Assembly: GCF_003324675.1 (NCBI RefSeq)
Contig: NZ_CP030918.1
Span: 1,410,001-1,442,000, forward strand
Source of the DNA: Paracoccus suum
GTDB taxonomy: Bacteria; Pseudomonadota; Alphaproteobacteria; Rhodobacterales; Rhodobacteraceae
Length of the DNA: 32,000 bases
Direction: 5' to 3'
A model generated the notes under the pieces. The model searched no databases and was not told the origin of the DNA. It saw only the letters and a list, made by a program, of their open reading frames with translations. Shown piece by piece: positions 9,380 to 17,867 of this stretch. The translations under genes were made by a program, and so were the position numbers. Numbering within the stretch: position 1 is the first letter of the stretch; each line of letters opens with the position of its first letter.

Positions 9380-10168
9380 TCAGGCGCGCCCGGCCTCAAT
9401 CCGCTCGATCAGCGCGGGTAGATCGGCGACCGTGTCGATCACGTGATCGGCGCCGGCATCGCGCAAAACCGCCGTCGCTTTCGCCCGTAATGCATCCCGC
9501 TCGGCGGCCGGAAGGGCGGCGAGTTCAGAGGCAGACAGCGCCGCCTCGTTGCCCGACAGGGAGAGTCCGACGGTCACGCAGCCCGCCGCAATTCCCTCGG
9601 CGATACCGGGGGCCGTGTCGTCCACCTTGATGACCGACTGCGGCGGATGGGCGACAAGGTCGATAAAGCAGCGATACATCATCAGCGGGCCGGGACGACC
9701 CTCGGCCAGATCGCCCGAGCAGACCAGGTTGTCGGGCGCATAGCCCTGCGCTGCCGCGACGGGCAGGATCCGCTCCATGATCGAACGGGGATAGCCCGTG
9801 GTCGACCCAATCCGGATGCCGCGAGCACGAAGCCAGTTCACCGTTTCCAGCGCGCCCGGAACCAGCGTCGCGTGGTCAGCGGCCATCGTTTCCATAAGCG
9901 GCACGAACTCGGCATGGATGGAATCGACATCCGCGTCAGCCGCATCAGTGCGGCCGCCGGCATGCCATTGCGCCGCGATATGCGGCTCGTCCAGCATTTC
10001 CCGGATGTGATCCCATTTCCGCGCACCCATTGGCTTGCGTGCATCGGCGGCAGAGACCTCGATCCCGAAGCGGCCGAATGCCGTGATCACCGCGTCAACG
10101 GGCGCGAAGGACCCGAAATCGATCATCGTGCCCGCCCAGTCGAACACGACCGCCTTGAATTTGCTCAT
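9380..10168 (-). CDS. phnX: Phosphonoacetaldehyde hydrolase (phosphonatase)
   Basis: 262 aa: MSKFKAVVFDWAGTMIDFGSFAPV...ARKPMGARKWDH...IGSTTGY...GRPGPLMMY...VDDTAPGI. Matches the PhnX HAD-family pattern, including the Asp nucleophile (FDWAGT) and the Schiff-base Lys (ARKPMG). The ATG at 10168 was chosen by homology. Confidence 0.9.
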   Translation of the reverse strand: MSKFKAVVFDWAGTMIDFGSFAPVDAVITAFGRFGIEVSAADARKPMGARKWDHIREMLDEPHIAAQWHAGGRTDAADADVDSIHAEFVPLMETMAADHATLVPGALETVNWLRARGIRIGSTTGYPRSIMERILPVAAAQGYAPDNLVCSGDLAEGRPGPLMMYRCFIDLVAHPPQSVIKVDDTAPGIAEGIAAGCVTVGLSLSGNEAALSASELAALPAAERDALRAKATAVLRDAGADHVIDTVADLPALIERIEAGRA

Positions 10169-10703
10169 CGCCACAAACCTTTTTGTCTTAAAGCTCGAGC
10201 TTGTCGCGTCGGAGGGTAACAGTTTGATGGAACCGGCGGCCCTCGGTGAATCGGCGAGCATCGGCCTCAGCAGCGCCTGTTGCTGCTCGCAGGCGTACAG
10301 GAGTCAAATCCGCAGTGGGACCGGCCGGGTATCGTTCCCTCTCGACGCCGAGAGGTCCGGTTGCCGGGTAGGACGTGCCCTCGCTGTCACGGAAGCGCGA
10401 TAGAACGGCACTAATGTCCAAGTCGCTGGAAACAGATATGGAGCCTTGGGCGGTGGGCAGTCACTGCGATGGCGAGGCTCCGTTTACCGTCGCGAAGGGC
10501 CGGCGGGCGGGACCTCTGGAAGCTCAAGGCGCATTGAGCATCTCCTGCCCGGAGGACTCTCGCACCCGAGCTGCCCCTCGGGCGCCATGTGGCCGGGCCT
10601 CGTTGCAGCTCTGCGCGCCGCAGGCCGCAGCGCCGGTCAGCCTGCCGCCCTGCCCGTTTCGCGGGTCGCCCCCCCAACCCAACCCGAACCCGGAGAAAAA
10701 CCG
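10169..10703. promoter_or_regulatory. Long (535 bp) divergent non-coding region between phnX and the EEP gene; contains the phnX promoter/leader and several GC-rich stem-loops
   Basis: No ORF here has gene-like codon bias. Perfect 12-bp palindrome AAGCTCGAGCTT at 10191-10202. Hairpins CCTCTCG-ACGC-CGAGAGG at 10338-10355 and AGCAGC-N7-GCTGCT at 10269-10287. AACCC-type repeat just upstream of the EEP ribosome-binding site (GGAGA at 10692-10696). Confidence 0.4.
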
Positions 10704-11585
10704 ATGCGCGTCGTCACCTACAACATCCAGTACGGCAAGGGCCGCGACGAGCGCTATGACATCGAGCGCACCGCCGCCGCCTTGGACGGCGCTGACATCA
10801 TCGGCCTTCAGGAGGTCGAGGCCTTTTGGGACCGCTCGGGCAACATTCACCAGTGCGAGCGGATCGCCGAACTTCTGGGCCTCCATTCCGTCTATGGCGT
10901 GACCGTCGACATCCACAAAGGCCTGGCCCTGCCGGACGGCAGGACCCGCGACGTGCGCCGCCAGTTCGGCAATGCCGTGCTGTCGCGCTGGCCGATCCTT
11001 ACCAGCCGCACGTTCCTCTTTCCCAAGCTCAGCCCCGCCAACGCGCATGCCATCCAGCGCGGCATCACCGAGGCGACCATCGCGACACCGCTCGGACCCG
11101 TCCGCGTCTACAGCACCCATTTCTCGCATCTGTGCGAGGAGGAGCGGCTGGATCATGCCCGCATCGCGCTGGAGCTTCACCGGCGTGCCCATGCAGACGG
11201 TCCAGTGGCGAGCGGCGGGCACGCGGACCCGAGCTGGCTGGAGGATAGCCCGCCGCCTGTGCCCGCCGAGGCGATCCTGCTCGGCGATCTGAACTTGACC
11301 CCGGACAGTCCCATCTATGCGGTGCTCACCGGACCGGTCAGCGAAATGTATGGCCGGCTGCACCGGCCCGATGGCTTTGTCGATACCTGGACTGCCGCCG
11401 GGCATGACGAGGCGTCCGGACCGACTTTCTATCACGGCGACGAGGGCTGGCAGGCCAGGACGGGCGAGCGCATCGACTATGTTCTTGCGACGCCCGGCCT
11501 CGCCAAGCGGGTCACGGCGGCTGAGGTGCTGACCGGGATCGACGCCTCGGATCACCAGCCCCTCGCCGTCACTTTCGAGGTCTGA
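10704..11585 (+). CDS. Endonuclease/exonuclease/phosphatase (EEP) family protein
   Basis: 293 aa: MRVVTYNIQYGKG...IIGLQEV...LLGDLNLTPDS...IDYVL...ASDHQPL. All the catalytic motifs of the DNase I/sphingomyelinase-type EEP fold are present. No signal peptide. Confidence 0.85.
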   Translation: MRVVTYNIQYGKGRDERYDIERTAAALDGADIIGLQEVEAFWDRSGNIHQCERIAELLGLHSVYGVTVDIHKGLALPDGRTRDVRRQFGNAVLSRWPILTSRTFLFPKLSPANAHAIQRGITEATIATPLGPVRVYSTHFSHLCEEERLDHARIALELHRRAHADGPVASGGHADPSWLEDSPPPVPAEAILLGDLNLTPDSPIYAVLTGPVSEMYGRLHRPDGFVDTWTAAGHDEASGPTFYHGDEGWQARTGERIDYVLATPGLAKRVTAAEVLTGIDASDHQPLAVTFEV

Positions 11586-11632
11586 GCCGAGGCTACATCC
11601 GCGAACGATCCGCCCTGTCCATAGCGCGAAAC

Positions 11633-12244
11633 TCAGGCGCTGTATTTCTCGATGAAGGCATCGATGGGCAGTTCGCGAATGTCGGGCAGCGCCGCGCGCA
11701 GACTATCGTGGCTCCAGTCCCACCATGCGATCTGCTGCAATGCGGCGCCCTGCGCCTCGGTGAAGCGGCGCTTGATTTCGCGTGCGGGCACGCCGCCGAC
11801 GATGGTGTAGGGGGCGACGTCCTTCGACACCACCGCCCCCGCGCCGATCACCGCCCCGTCGCCAATGGTGACGCCCGCCAGCACGGTGACGCCGTGGCCG
11901 ATCCAGACATCATTGCCGATCGTCACCCAGTGGCGCTTGCGCCAGGCGAAGAACTCGGCGTCGTCATCGCCCAGCCCGTATTGCGCGGCGCGGTAGGTGA
12001 AATGATGCTGGCTTGCCCGCCAGGTCGCGTGATTGCCCGGGTTGATCCGCGCTCCTTCCGCGATCGAGCAGAACTTGCCGATGGTGGACCAGATGACATC
12101 GCCATGCTGGACGATGTAGGAATAATCCCCGAACTCGACCTCGCGCATCGACACATGGGCATAGATCTCGGTCCAGCGGCCAAGCTGGCAGTCCACGACG
12201 CTGGCGGTGGGATGGACGTTCGGCGCTTCGTTCAGGGTCTTCAT
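11633..12244 (-). CDS. Phosphonate-metabolism-associated hexapeptide-repeat acyltransferase (LbH family)
   Basis: 203 aa with left-handed beta-helix repeats ([35 protein letters not shown]). ATGA overlap with the upstream phnE, so it is the last gene of the phnCDEE operon. This family is typically found in alphaproteobacterial phn clusters. Confidence 0.85.
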   Translation of the reverse strand: MKTLNEAPNVHPTASVVDCQLGRWTEIYAHVSMREVEFGDYSYIVQHGDVIWSTIGKFCSIAEGARINPGNHATWRASQHHFTYRAAQYGLGDDDAEFFAWRKRHWVTIGNDVWIGHGVTVLAGVTIGDGAVIGAGAVVSKDVAPYTIVGGVPAREIKRRFTEAQGAALQQIAWWDWSHDSLRAALPDIRELPIDAFIEKYSA

Positions 12245-13104
12245 GCGGTAGCTCCCACAAGGCGGCTGCGGATCAGGCCAGAAAACCAGTCGATCAGATA
12301 GACCATGAGAATGATCAGGATGATGATCGACCAGACCTCGTCCCAGCGATAGGCGGCGATACGGTCCGACAGCAGGAAGCCGATGCCTCCCGCGCCGACG
12401 ATGCCCAGGATGGTGCCCGAGCGGACATTGGATTCGAAATTGTAAAGCAGGATCGAAAGGATCACGGGCATGACCTGCGGCATTACGCCAAAGCGCACTG
12501 CCTGCAGCCCGGAGCCGCCCGCAGCTGTCACCCCCTCGACCGGGCGGCGCGAGGTGTTCTCGATCGCCTCGGAAAACAACTTGGCAAAGGTGCCGACCTC
12601 ACTGACGGCGATCGCCAGGATCCCGGCCAGCGGGCCTAGTCCGAAGGCGCGGATGAAGATCAGCGCGAGGATCAGCGTCTCGACCGCGCGGATCAGGTCG
12701 TAAAGGCGGCGGGTCGAAAAGCGCAGCAGGGGCAGGCGATTGATGTTGCGGGCGCCGAGGAAGGACAGCGGAAAGGCGGCGAGCGCGCCTAGCACGGTGC
12801 CGAGGAAGGCCATCGAAAGCGTCTCGCCCAGGCCCTTCAGCACCTCCGAGAACTCACGCCACGTGGTCCAGACATGGGGCGGGAACATGAAGCTGAAGAT
12901 GTTTCCCAGCCGCGAGAGCCCCGTCGCAATCCTCTGCGGGGTGATGTCGAAGGCGATGAGGCACCACAGGAACAGTGCCGCGGACCCCGCCCAGAACAGC
13001 GCGCGGATAAGGCGGTGGCACAGCGGCTTGCGGAAGGCGAGCGGTGCACGCGCCCTCGCTGCGTCGATGCGGGCGGCGTCGGGGGCAGAGGGGGCAACGG
13101 TCAT
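12241..13104 (-). CDS. phnE: Phosphonate ABC transporter permease
   Basis: 287 aa polytopic protein with the PhnE-type EAA loop (...[33 protein letters not shown]...). Translationally coupled on both sides. Confidence 0.9.
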   Translation of the reverse strand: MTVAPSAPDAARIDAARARAPLAFRKPLCHRLIRALFWAGSAALFLWCLIAFDITPQRIATGLSRLGNIFSFMFPPHVWTTWREFSEVLKGLGETLSMAFLGTVLGALAAFPLSFLGARNINRLPLLRFSTRRLYDLIRAVETLILALIFIRAFGLGPLAGILAIAVSEVGTFAKLFSEAIENTSRRPVEGVTAAGGSGLQAVRFGVMPQVMPVILSILLYNFESNVRSGTILGIVGAGGIGFLLSDRIAAYRWDEVWSIIILIILMVYLIDWFSGLIRSRLVGATA

Positions 13105-14030
13105 GTTTCGGCCTCGATCACGCGGTGGCGCAGCTTGCCGGACAGATGGTCGATTACGATGACCGTTACGAGGACGATCACGAACAGCGCCGACAGGTCG
13201 GTGTATTCCTGCAGGCTCATGGCGGTGCGGATTTCCTGCCCGAGGCCGCCGGCGCCAACATAGCCGACGATCGAGGACGAGCGGACGTTGATCTCGAATC
13301 GCAGCAGCGTGTAGCTGATAATGTTCGGCAGCACCTGCGGGACGGCGCCATAGCGGATCTGGTCGAACCAGGTCCCGCCGGCCGCCCTCACGCCCTCCAG
13401 CGGGCGCATGTCGATGTTCTCGTTAACCTCGGAATAGAGCTTGCCGAGCGAGCCGCAGCTATGGATGCCGATTGCCAGCACCCCGGCCATCGGCCCGACC
13501 GAAAAGGCAAAGACAAAGATCAGGGCCCAGACCAGTTCGGGCACGGTACGGGCGATTTCCAGCCAGCGACGGATGAACCAGGTGACGGCCGGATGTGGCG
13601 AGAGGTTGCGTGCCGCGGGAAAGGACAGCAGGAAGCCCCCGGTGACGCCAACCACCGTCGCCATCCAGGCGATCAGGATGGTTTCCCACAGAAGTTCCAG
13701 CCAGATCCGCCAGCGCCAGAACCACGCCGCCAGATCGGCACCAAGGCTGGACCAGCGCAGTTCGGGGATGGTCTTGGACAGGTATTCGCCAAGACGCGGC
13801 AGTCCCGCTGGAATGATCCAGCGCCAGTCGCGGCTGCCGTCGGGCATCGTGACCTGCGTGACCTTGAAGAATTCGCCCAGCCACGCGGTCAGCAGGCACA
13901 GGGCGGCAAAGACGCCGAGCCCGGTCCACCAACGCAGCCGCGCCCGCGTCCTCGCCTGGGCGAAGTCGGTGCGAAATCGCGCCATTGCTGGCGCGCCGTG
14001 CAGCGGTGGATTGATGTCGGCGAGGGTCAT
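13101..14030 (-). CDS. phnE: Phosphonate ABC transporter permease (second copy)
   Basis: 309 aa from the ATG at 14030 (MTLADINPPLHG...). Contains ...SEVNENIDMRPLEGVRAAGGTWFDQIRYGAVPQV.... The upstream extension of the ORF to 14138 would overlap phnD, so it was not used. Confidence 0.85.
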   Translation of the reverse strand: MTLADINPPLHGAPAMARFRTDFAQARTRARLRWWTGLGVFAALCLLTAWLGEFFKVTQVTMPDGSRDWRWIIPAGLPRLGEYLSKTIPELRWSSLGADLAAWFWRWRIWLELLWETILIAWMATVVGVTGGFLLSFPAARNLSPHPAVTWFIRRWLEIARTVPELVWALIFVFAFSVGPMAGVLAIGIHSCGSLGKLYSEVNENIDMRPLEGVRAAGGTWFDQIRYGAVPQVLPNIISYTLLRFEINVRSSSIVGYVGAGGLGQEIRTAMSLQEYTDLSALFVIVLVTVIVIDHLSGKLRHRVIEAET

Positions 14031-14086
14031 TGCGTGTCCGGCGCGAAAGGGCAGGCGAGGGGTCGCCTGCCCGTGGAGGATGAGGG

Positions 14087-15007
14087 TCAGCTGCGGCGAC
14101 GCTGCTCTTTCAGCCAGTCGCGCATGTCGATGATCCACTGGTAGTGGTCGTGATCGACACGGGTGTAGCCCGCGACCGGATTGTCACCGCCGATCTCGTT
14201 GCTGACCATCGCGTCGAACGCCGCCTTGTCGGCGGTCGGAAAGGTCTCGAGCGCGTCGCGCATGTCGTCGATCAGCGCCTCGGGCAGGTTGGCGCGCGCG
14301 GTGAAGGGGCCGTTGGTGATCTCGGGCGATTCCCAGATCTTGCAGATGACGCCGTCCTTCAGCATGCCCTTCAGAACCATGCGCTGCGGGATGCCGCGGG
14401 TGTCGCTGTTCTCGTATGTCGCGGCGGCATCGAAGGTGCCGTTGGCAACGCCCTGGACGCCCGCCTCGTGGCTGCCCGAGAACGGCGTTGCCGAGAAGAA
14501 GCCGTCGCCGAAGCCCTGCTGGACCAGGTTGTAGAACGGCACCGCATAGCCCGACGTGCTGTCGGGATCGGCAAAGGCCAGCACCTTGCCCTTGAGATCC
14601 TCGACATTTTTGTAGTCGTCGGCGCAGCGCGTGACGATCGTCGAGTAATAGCCCGACGTGCCATCGGCATCCTCCGCCGCCAGCAGGGGGATCACCCCGC
14701 CCTTGGTCTCGGACCAGGCGGCGGCATAGGCGGACGAGCCGAGGAACGAGAATTCGATCTGGTTGGCCGCGAGCGCCTGCACGACCCCGTCATAATTGCC
14801 TGCCGTGAACAGCTCGACCTTCACGCCCAGCGTCTTTTCCAGATAGCTCTTCAGGCCGTCGTACCGCTGCACGCGGTCCTTTTCGTTCTCGCCCGAAAGG
14901 ACGCCGAACCGGACGACCTGATAGTCGGCCTTCCAGTCCTGGCCCAGGGCCGGGGTGGTCGTGAGCGCGGCAAGCGCGAGCATCGCAAGGCTGCGGGTGG
15001 GAATCAT
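14087..15007 (-). CDS. phnD: Phosphonate ABC transporter periplasmic binding protein
   Basis: 306 aa with a signal peptide, MIPTRSLAMLALAALTTTPALGQD. Contains VVRFGVLSGEN...LFTAGNYDGVVQAL...SSAY..., typical of PhnD. Confidence 0.9.
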   Translation of the reverse strand: MIPTRSLAMLALAALTTTPALGQDWKADYQVVRFGVLSGENEKDRVQRYDGLKSYLEKTLGVKVELFTAGNYDGVVQALAANQIEFSFLGSSAYAAAWSETKGGVIPLLAAEDADGTSGYYSTIVTRCADDYKNVEDLKGKVLAFADPDSTSGYAVPFYNLVQQGFGDGFFSATPFSGSHEAGVQGVANGTFDAAATYENSDTRGIPQRMVLKGMLKDGVICKIWESPEITNGPFTARANLPEALIDDMRDALETFPTADKAAFDAMVSNEIGGDNPVAGYTRVDHDHYQWIIDMRDWLKEQRRRS

Positions 15008-15030
15008 CGGAAATCTCCGTTGTGGGGGGA

Positions 15031-15846
15031 TCAGGCGTAGGCCGCCACGCCGACATGGCGCGGGGCGGTCGAAGTGACGTCGTGATCGAAAGCCCCGAAG
15101 GCGTCCGAGCCATAGATGTCTCGGACCACGTCGTCGGTCAGTTGGCGCGGCTTGCCGTCAAAGAACACCCGCCCATCGCGCATGGCGATGATGCGGTCTG
15201 AATAAGCCCGGGCAGTGTCCAGCGTGTGCAGGTTTACCAGCACCGTGATGCCGTCCTCGCGGTTGATGCGGCGAAGGCTGTCCATCACAAGCGTCGCGTT
15301 GGCCGGGTCGAGCGAGGCGATCGGTTCGTCCGCGAGCATGATGCGCGGTCGCTGAACCAAGGCGCGGGCGATGGCGACGCGCTGCTGCTGGCCGCCCGAC
15401 AAGGTGCCGGCGCGCTGCAGTGCCTGCGGCACCAGCGACAGCCGGTCCAGTGCCTCGATCGCCATCGTCCGCTCGGCATCGGTAAAATGCATCAGCATCG
15501 ACGAGACAAAGCCATGCTCGGCCAGCCGCCCGACCAACACGTTGGTCAGCACGTCCAGCCGGTCAGACAGGTTGAACTGTTGGAAGATCATCGCGCAGTC
15601 GCGCCGCCATTGCCGCAGCGCTCGGCCGCGCAGGGCGCTGACCTCGGTCCCGCCGAAATGGATCTTTCCCGAGGTCGGCTCGGTCATCCGGTTGATCAGG
15701 CGCAGGAGGGTGGATTTCCCGGCGCCGGAGCGACCGATCACGCCCACGAACTGTCCGGCGGGGATGTCCAGCGAGACGTCGTCGACGGCACGGGTGACGC
15801 CGAACTGACGGGTAAGGCCGGAAAGGGAGAGTTGTTCCTGTGTCAT
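15031..15846 (-). CDS. phnC: Phosphonate ABC transporter ATP-binding protein
   Basis: 271 aa. Walker [13 protein letters not shown], signature [15 protein letters not shown], Walker B IMLADEP. PhnC-type N-terminus. Confidence 0.93.
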   Translation of the reverse strand: MTQEQLSLSGLTRQFGVTRAVDDVSLDIPAGQFVGVIGRSGAGKSTLLRLINRMTEPTSGKIHFGGTEVSALRGRALRQWRRDCAMIFQQFNLSDRLDVLTNVLVGRLAEHGFVSSMLMHFTDAERTMAIEALDRLSLVPQALQRAGTLSGGQQQRVAIARALVQRPRIMLADEPIASLDPANATLVMDSLRRINREDGITVLVNLHTLDTARAYSDRIIAMRDGRVFFDGKPRQLTDDVVRDIYGSDAFGAFDHDVTSTAPRHVGVAAYA

Positions 15847-16000
15847 GGCGGCACATTCGACCGAAGCTGTGACAGGGCAACTTCATTCGGATGAATGTTG
15901 AACGACAATCCAGATGCGAGGTAAATACATGTAATTCAAGGGTAAAACTCCCGCGCCACGCTGTGCGGGCCGGGGAAGGGCTTCGTGGTAAAGCGCGTAA
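15847..16000 (-). promoter_or_regulatory. phnM-phnC intergenic region, probable internal promoter/operator for phnCDEE
   Basis: 154-bp gap including the most AT-rich stretch of the window (about 15890-15960, ...atgaatgttgaacgacaatccagatgcgaggtaaatacatgtaattcaagggtaaaac...). Dyad TTCAT-TCGG-ATGAA at 15882-15895. Confidence 0.4.
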
Positions 16001-17176
16001 TCAGGCGGCCGCGCGGCCGCCCATCATTCCGTCCGAAAAGATCAGCCGTCCGCCGCGCAGCGTCGCGCGGACATGGCCGATGCCGTTGTCGTCGGCGATC
16101 ACCAGATCGGCGGCGAGCCCCGGGGCGATCCGGCCGCGGTCGACGAGCCCGAGCGCATCTGCGGGATTGGCTGTCGCGAGTCGCGCGGCGCCCGCCAGAC
16201 CCTCCGGGTCGGTGGCCGCCAGGGCAAGCACCGCGGGCAGGATCGCCGAAGGATGGTAATCCGCGGCGAGGATATCGAGCAGCCCGGCGGCATGCGCCTC
16301 GCGCGCAGACAAGTTGCCTGAATAGGAAAGCCCACGCAGCGCATTCGGCGCGCCCATAGCATTCGCCATCCCCGCCGCGCGTGCGGCGCGCGCGGCATCG
16401 AGCGTTACCGGGAATTCGCTGATTGTCGCGCCCAGATCGCGCATCAGCGCAACCTTTTCCGGGCTGTCATCGTCATGGCTGGCCAGCGGCAGGCCATGTG
16501 CGCGGCAGGCCGTGGTCATCGCCCGCAGCACCGCCTCCAGCTGGTCGGGGGCGACGGACTTGCGCTCGATCCGCTCGGCAACCGCGACGCGTGCATCCGC
16601 TTCGGAAAGATTGGCGTTCTTGGCCACGTTGCGGATGTGGCGCTCGAGGTCGCGATACTGGCCTTGGCCCGGGGTGTGGTCCGTCAGCGAGACGAGGTCC
16701 ACCGTGCCCTCGGCGATCAGCTCCTCAACCACGGACAACGCGTCGGGAAAGGTGATCTCGAACCGGGCATGGACGCGGTGATCGACCCCGAGGTGCGGGC
16801 GCATGGCCTTGAGGCCGCGCAGCATGTCCTTGGTGTTGTCGAAATGGCGGATATGACCATAGGCCGAATGGGGGTTGAAGCTGACCGCGGCATAGGCGGT
16901 CGTGACCCCGGCCACCTTGAGCCGCTGGTCCAGATCGCGCAGCCCCAGTGCCAGCGGCATCCGCACCCCGGGGCGGGGTTCCACCTCGCGCTCGATCATG
17001 TCGCCATGCATGTCGATGAAGCCGGGCATGAGGATCAGCCCATGGCCCTCGACCGCGGCGCCGGGCACCGGGATTTCGCGGACCTCGGCGATGTGGCCGT
17101 CCTCGACGCGCAGTGCGCCGAGGTCGATCACCCGGTCGGGCAGCACCAGTCGAAAATCAGACAGCCACATCGGCAT
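16001..17176 (-). CDS. phnM: Alpha-D-ribose 1-methylphosphonate 5-triphosphate diphosphatase
   Basis: 391 aa amidohydrolase-fold protein. Aligns by eye with E. coli PhnM: PGFIDMHGDMIE..PRPGV, LTDHTPGQGQYRD, LASHDDD, GAPNALRG.S.SGN, ILAADYHP. Confidence 0.9.
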   Translation of the reverse strand: MPMWLSDFRLVLPDRVIDLGALRVEDGHIAEVREIPVPGAAVEGHGLILMPGFIDMHGDMIEREVEPRPGVRMPLALGLRDLDQRLKVAGVTTAYAAVSFNPHSAYGHIRHFDNTKDMLRGLKAMRPHLGVDHRVHARFEITFPDALSVVEELIAEGTVDLVSLTDHTPGQGQYRDLERHIRNVAKNANLSEADARVAVAERIERKSVAPDQLEAVLRAMTTACRAHGLPLASHDDDSPEKVALMRDLGATISEFPVTLDAARAARAAGMANAMGAPNALRGLSYSGNLSAREAHAAGLLDILAADYHPSAILPAVLALAATDPEGLAGAARLATANPADALGLVDRGRIAPGLAADLVIADDNGIGHVRATLRGGRLIFSDGMMGGRAAA

Positions 17177-17867
17177 CCTCGCGTGCGGTCAGGGAAAATT
17201 CGCGGTCGATCAGCGCAAGCACATCGCCCGGGTGGTGGAATACCCCGATCATCGCCGTGCCCTGCGCCTTCAGTGCCGATAGGCGCGCGATCAGGGCCGC
17301 CCTTGCGCCAGCATCCAGCGAGGCGGTGGGCTCGTCCAGCAGCAGCAGCCGCGGTGGCAGGATCAGAGCCCGGGCAAGGTTCACCTTTTGCTGCTCGCCG
17401 CCCGAAAAGGTTGCGGGATAGGCGGGCCAGAGGTCAGGCTTGATGCCATAGGATGCCAGCGCCGCGCGGGCGGCTGCCCGTGCCTTGACCAGCGGCTGGC
17501 CGGCGGACAGCAGCGGCTCGGCCACGATGTCCTCGGCCGGAACGCGGGGACGGGCGGTCAGGAACTGGGTGACAAAGCCGATCTCGTGCCGCCGCAACAG
17601 CGCGATGTCGACGTCCGCCGCGCGAGCAAGGTCGATGCGGCCGCCATCCGCCCGGGTAAACACCACGCGCCCGGCCTCCGGCAGGTAGCTGCGCCAGATG
17701 GTCCGCAACAGGGTGGATTTTCCGGCCCCGTTTGCCCCGGACAGCAGCAGGAACTCTCCCTCGTCCAGCGTGAAGCCCAGGTCCTCAAAGGCCGGCAGGG
17801 TCCGGCCCAGGTGATGCATGGTGAAGGATTTGGAAAGGTCCGAGACCTCGAGCACCCGGCGCGTCAT
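17157..17867 (-). CDS. phnL: C-P lyase system ATP-binding protein PhnL
   Basis: 236 aa. Walker [13 protein letters not shown], signature FSGGEQQKVNLARAL, Walker B LLLLDEP. Position between phnK and phnM, with a 20-nt overlap with phnM. Confidence 0.9.
   Translation of the reverse strand: MTRRVLEVSDLSKSFTMHHLGRTLPAFEDLGFTLDEGEFLLLSGANGAGKSTLLRTIWRSYLPEAGRVVFTRADGGRIDLARAADVDIALLRRHEIGFVTQFLTARPRVPAEDIVAEPLLSAGQPLVKARAAARAALASYGIKPDLWPAYPATFSGGEQQKVNLARALILPPRLLLLDEPTASLDAGARAALIARLSALKAQGTAMIGVFHHPGDVLALIDREFSLTAREDADVAV

Noticed and set aside
10300-10380. Riboswitch-like fragments. The minus strand reads GAGGGAACGATACCCGGCCGGTCCCACTGCGG, reminiscent of the cobalamin GGGAA...CCCGCCACTG core. 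The plus strand has an ACGC-loop hairpin and CCGGGTAGGAC, reminiscent of guanidine-II/III motifs.
   Set aside because: The cobalamin GGTG..AATCC element and the B12 box are missing. The hairpin loop is ACGC, not ACGR, and it is single rather than tandem. The flanking genes are not of the types those riboswitches control. The region is reported only as unclassified structure.
10188-10421. 77-aa ORF on the minus strand just upstream of phnX (MDISAVLSRFRDSEG...).
   Set aside because: Its third-codon-position GC is far lower than in the neighbouring genes. It has no ribosome-binding site or recognisable motif, and it overlaps the hairpin-rich segment. It is more likely non-coding leader sequence. 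I also looked here for a phnW remnant in all minus frames and saw none.
15869-15875. Pho-box-like half-site CTGTCAC (minus strand) upstream of phnC.
   Set aside because: Only one good heptamer is present; the expected second repeat 11 bp away is poor. It also lies just 23-29 nt from the phnC ATG, too close to replace a -35 element. A similar weak candidate upstream of phnF (about 22430-22455) has the wrong spacing.
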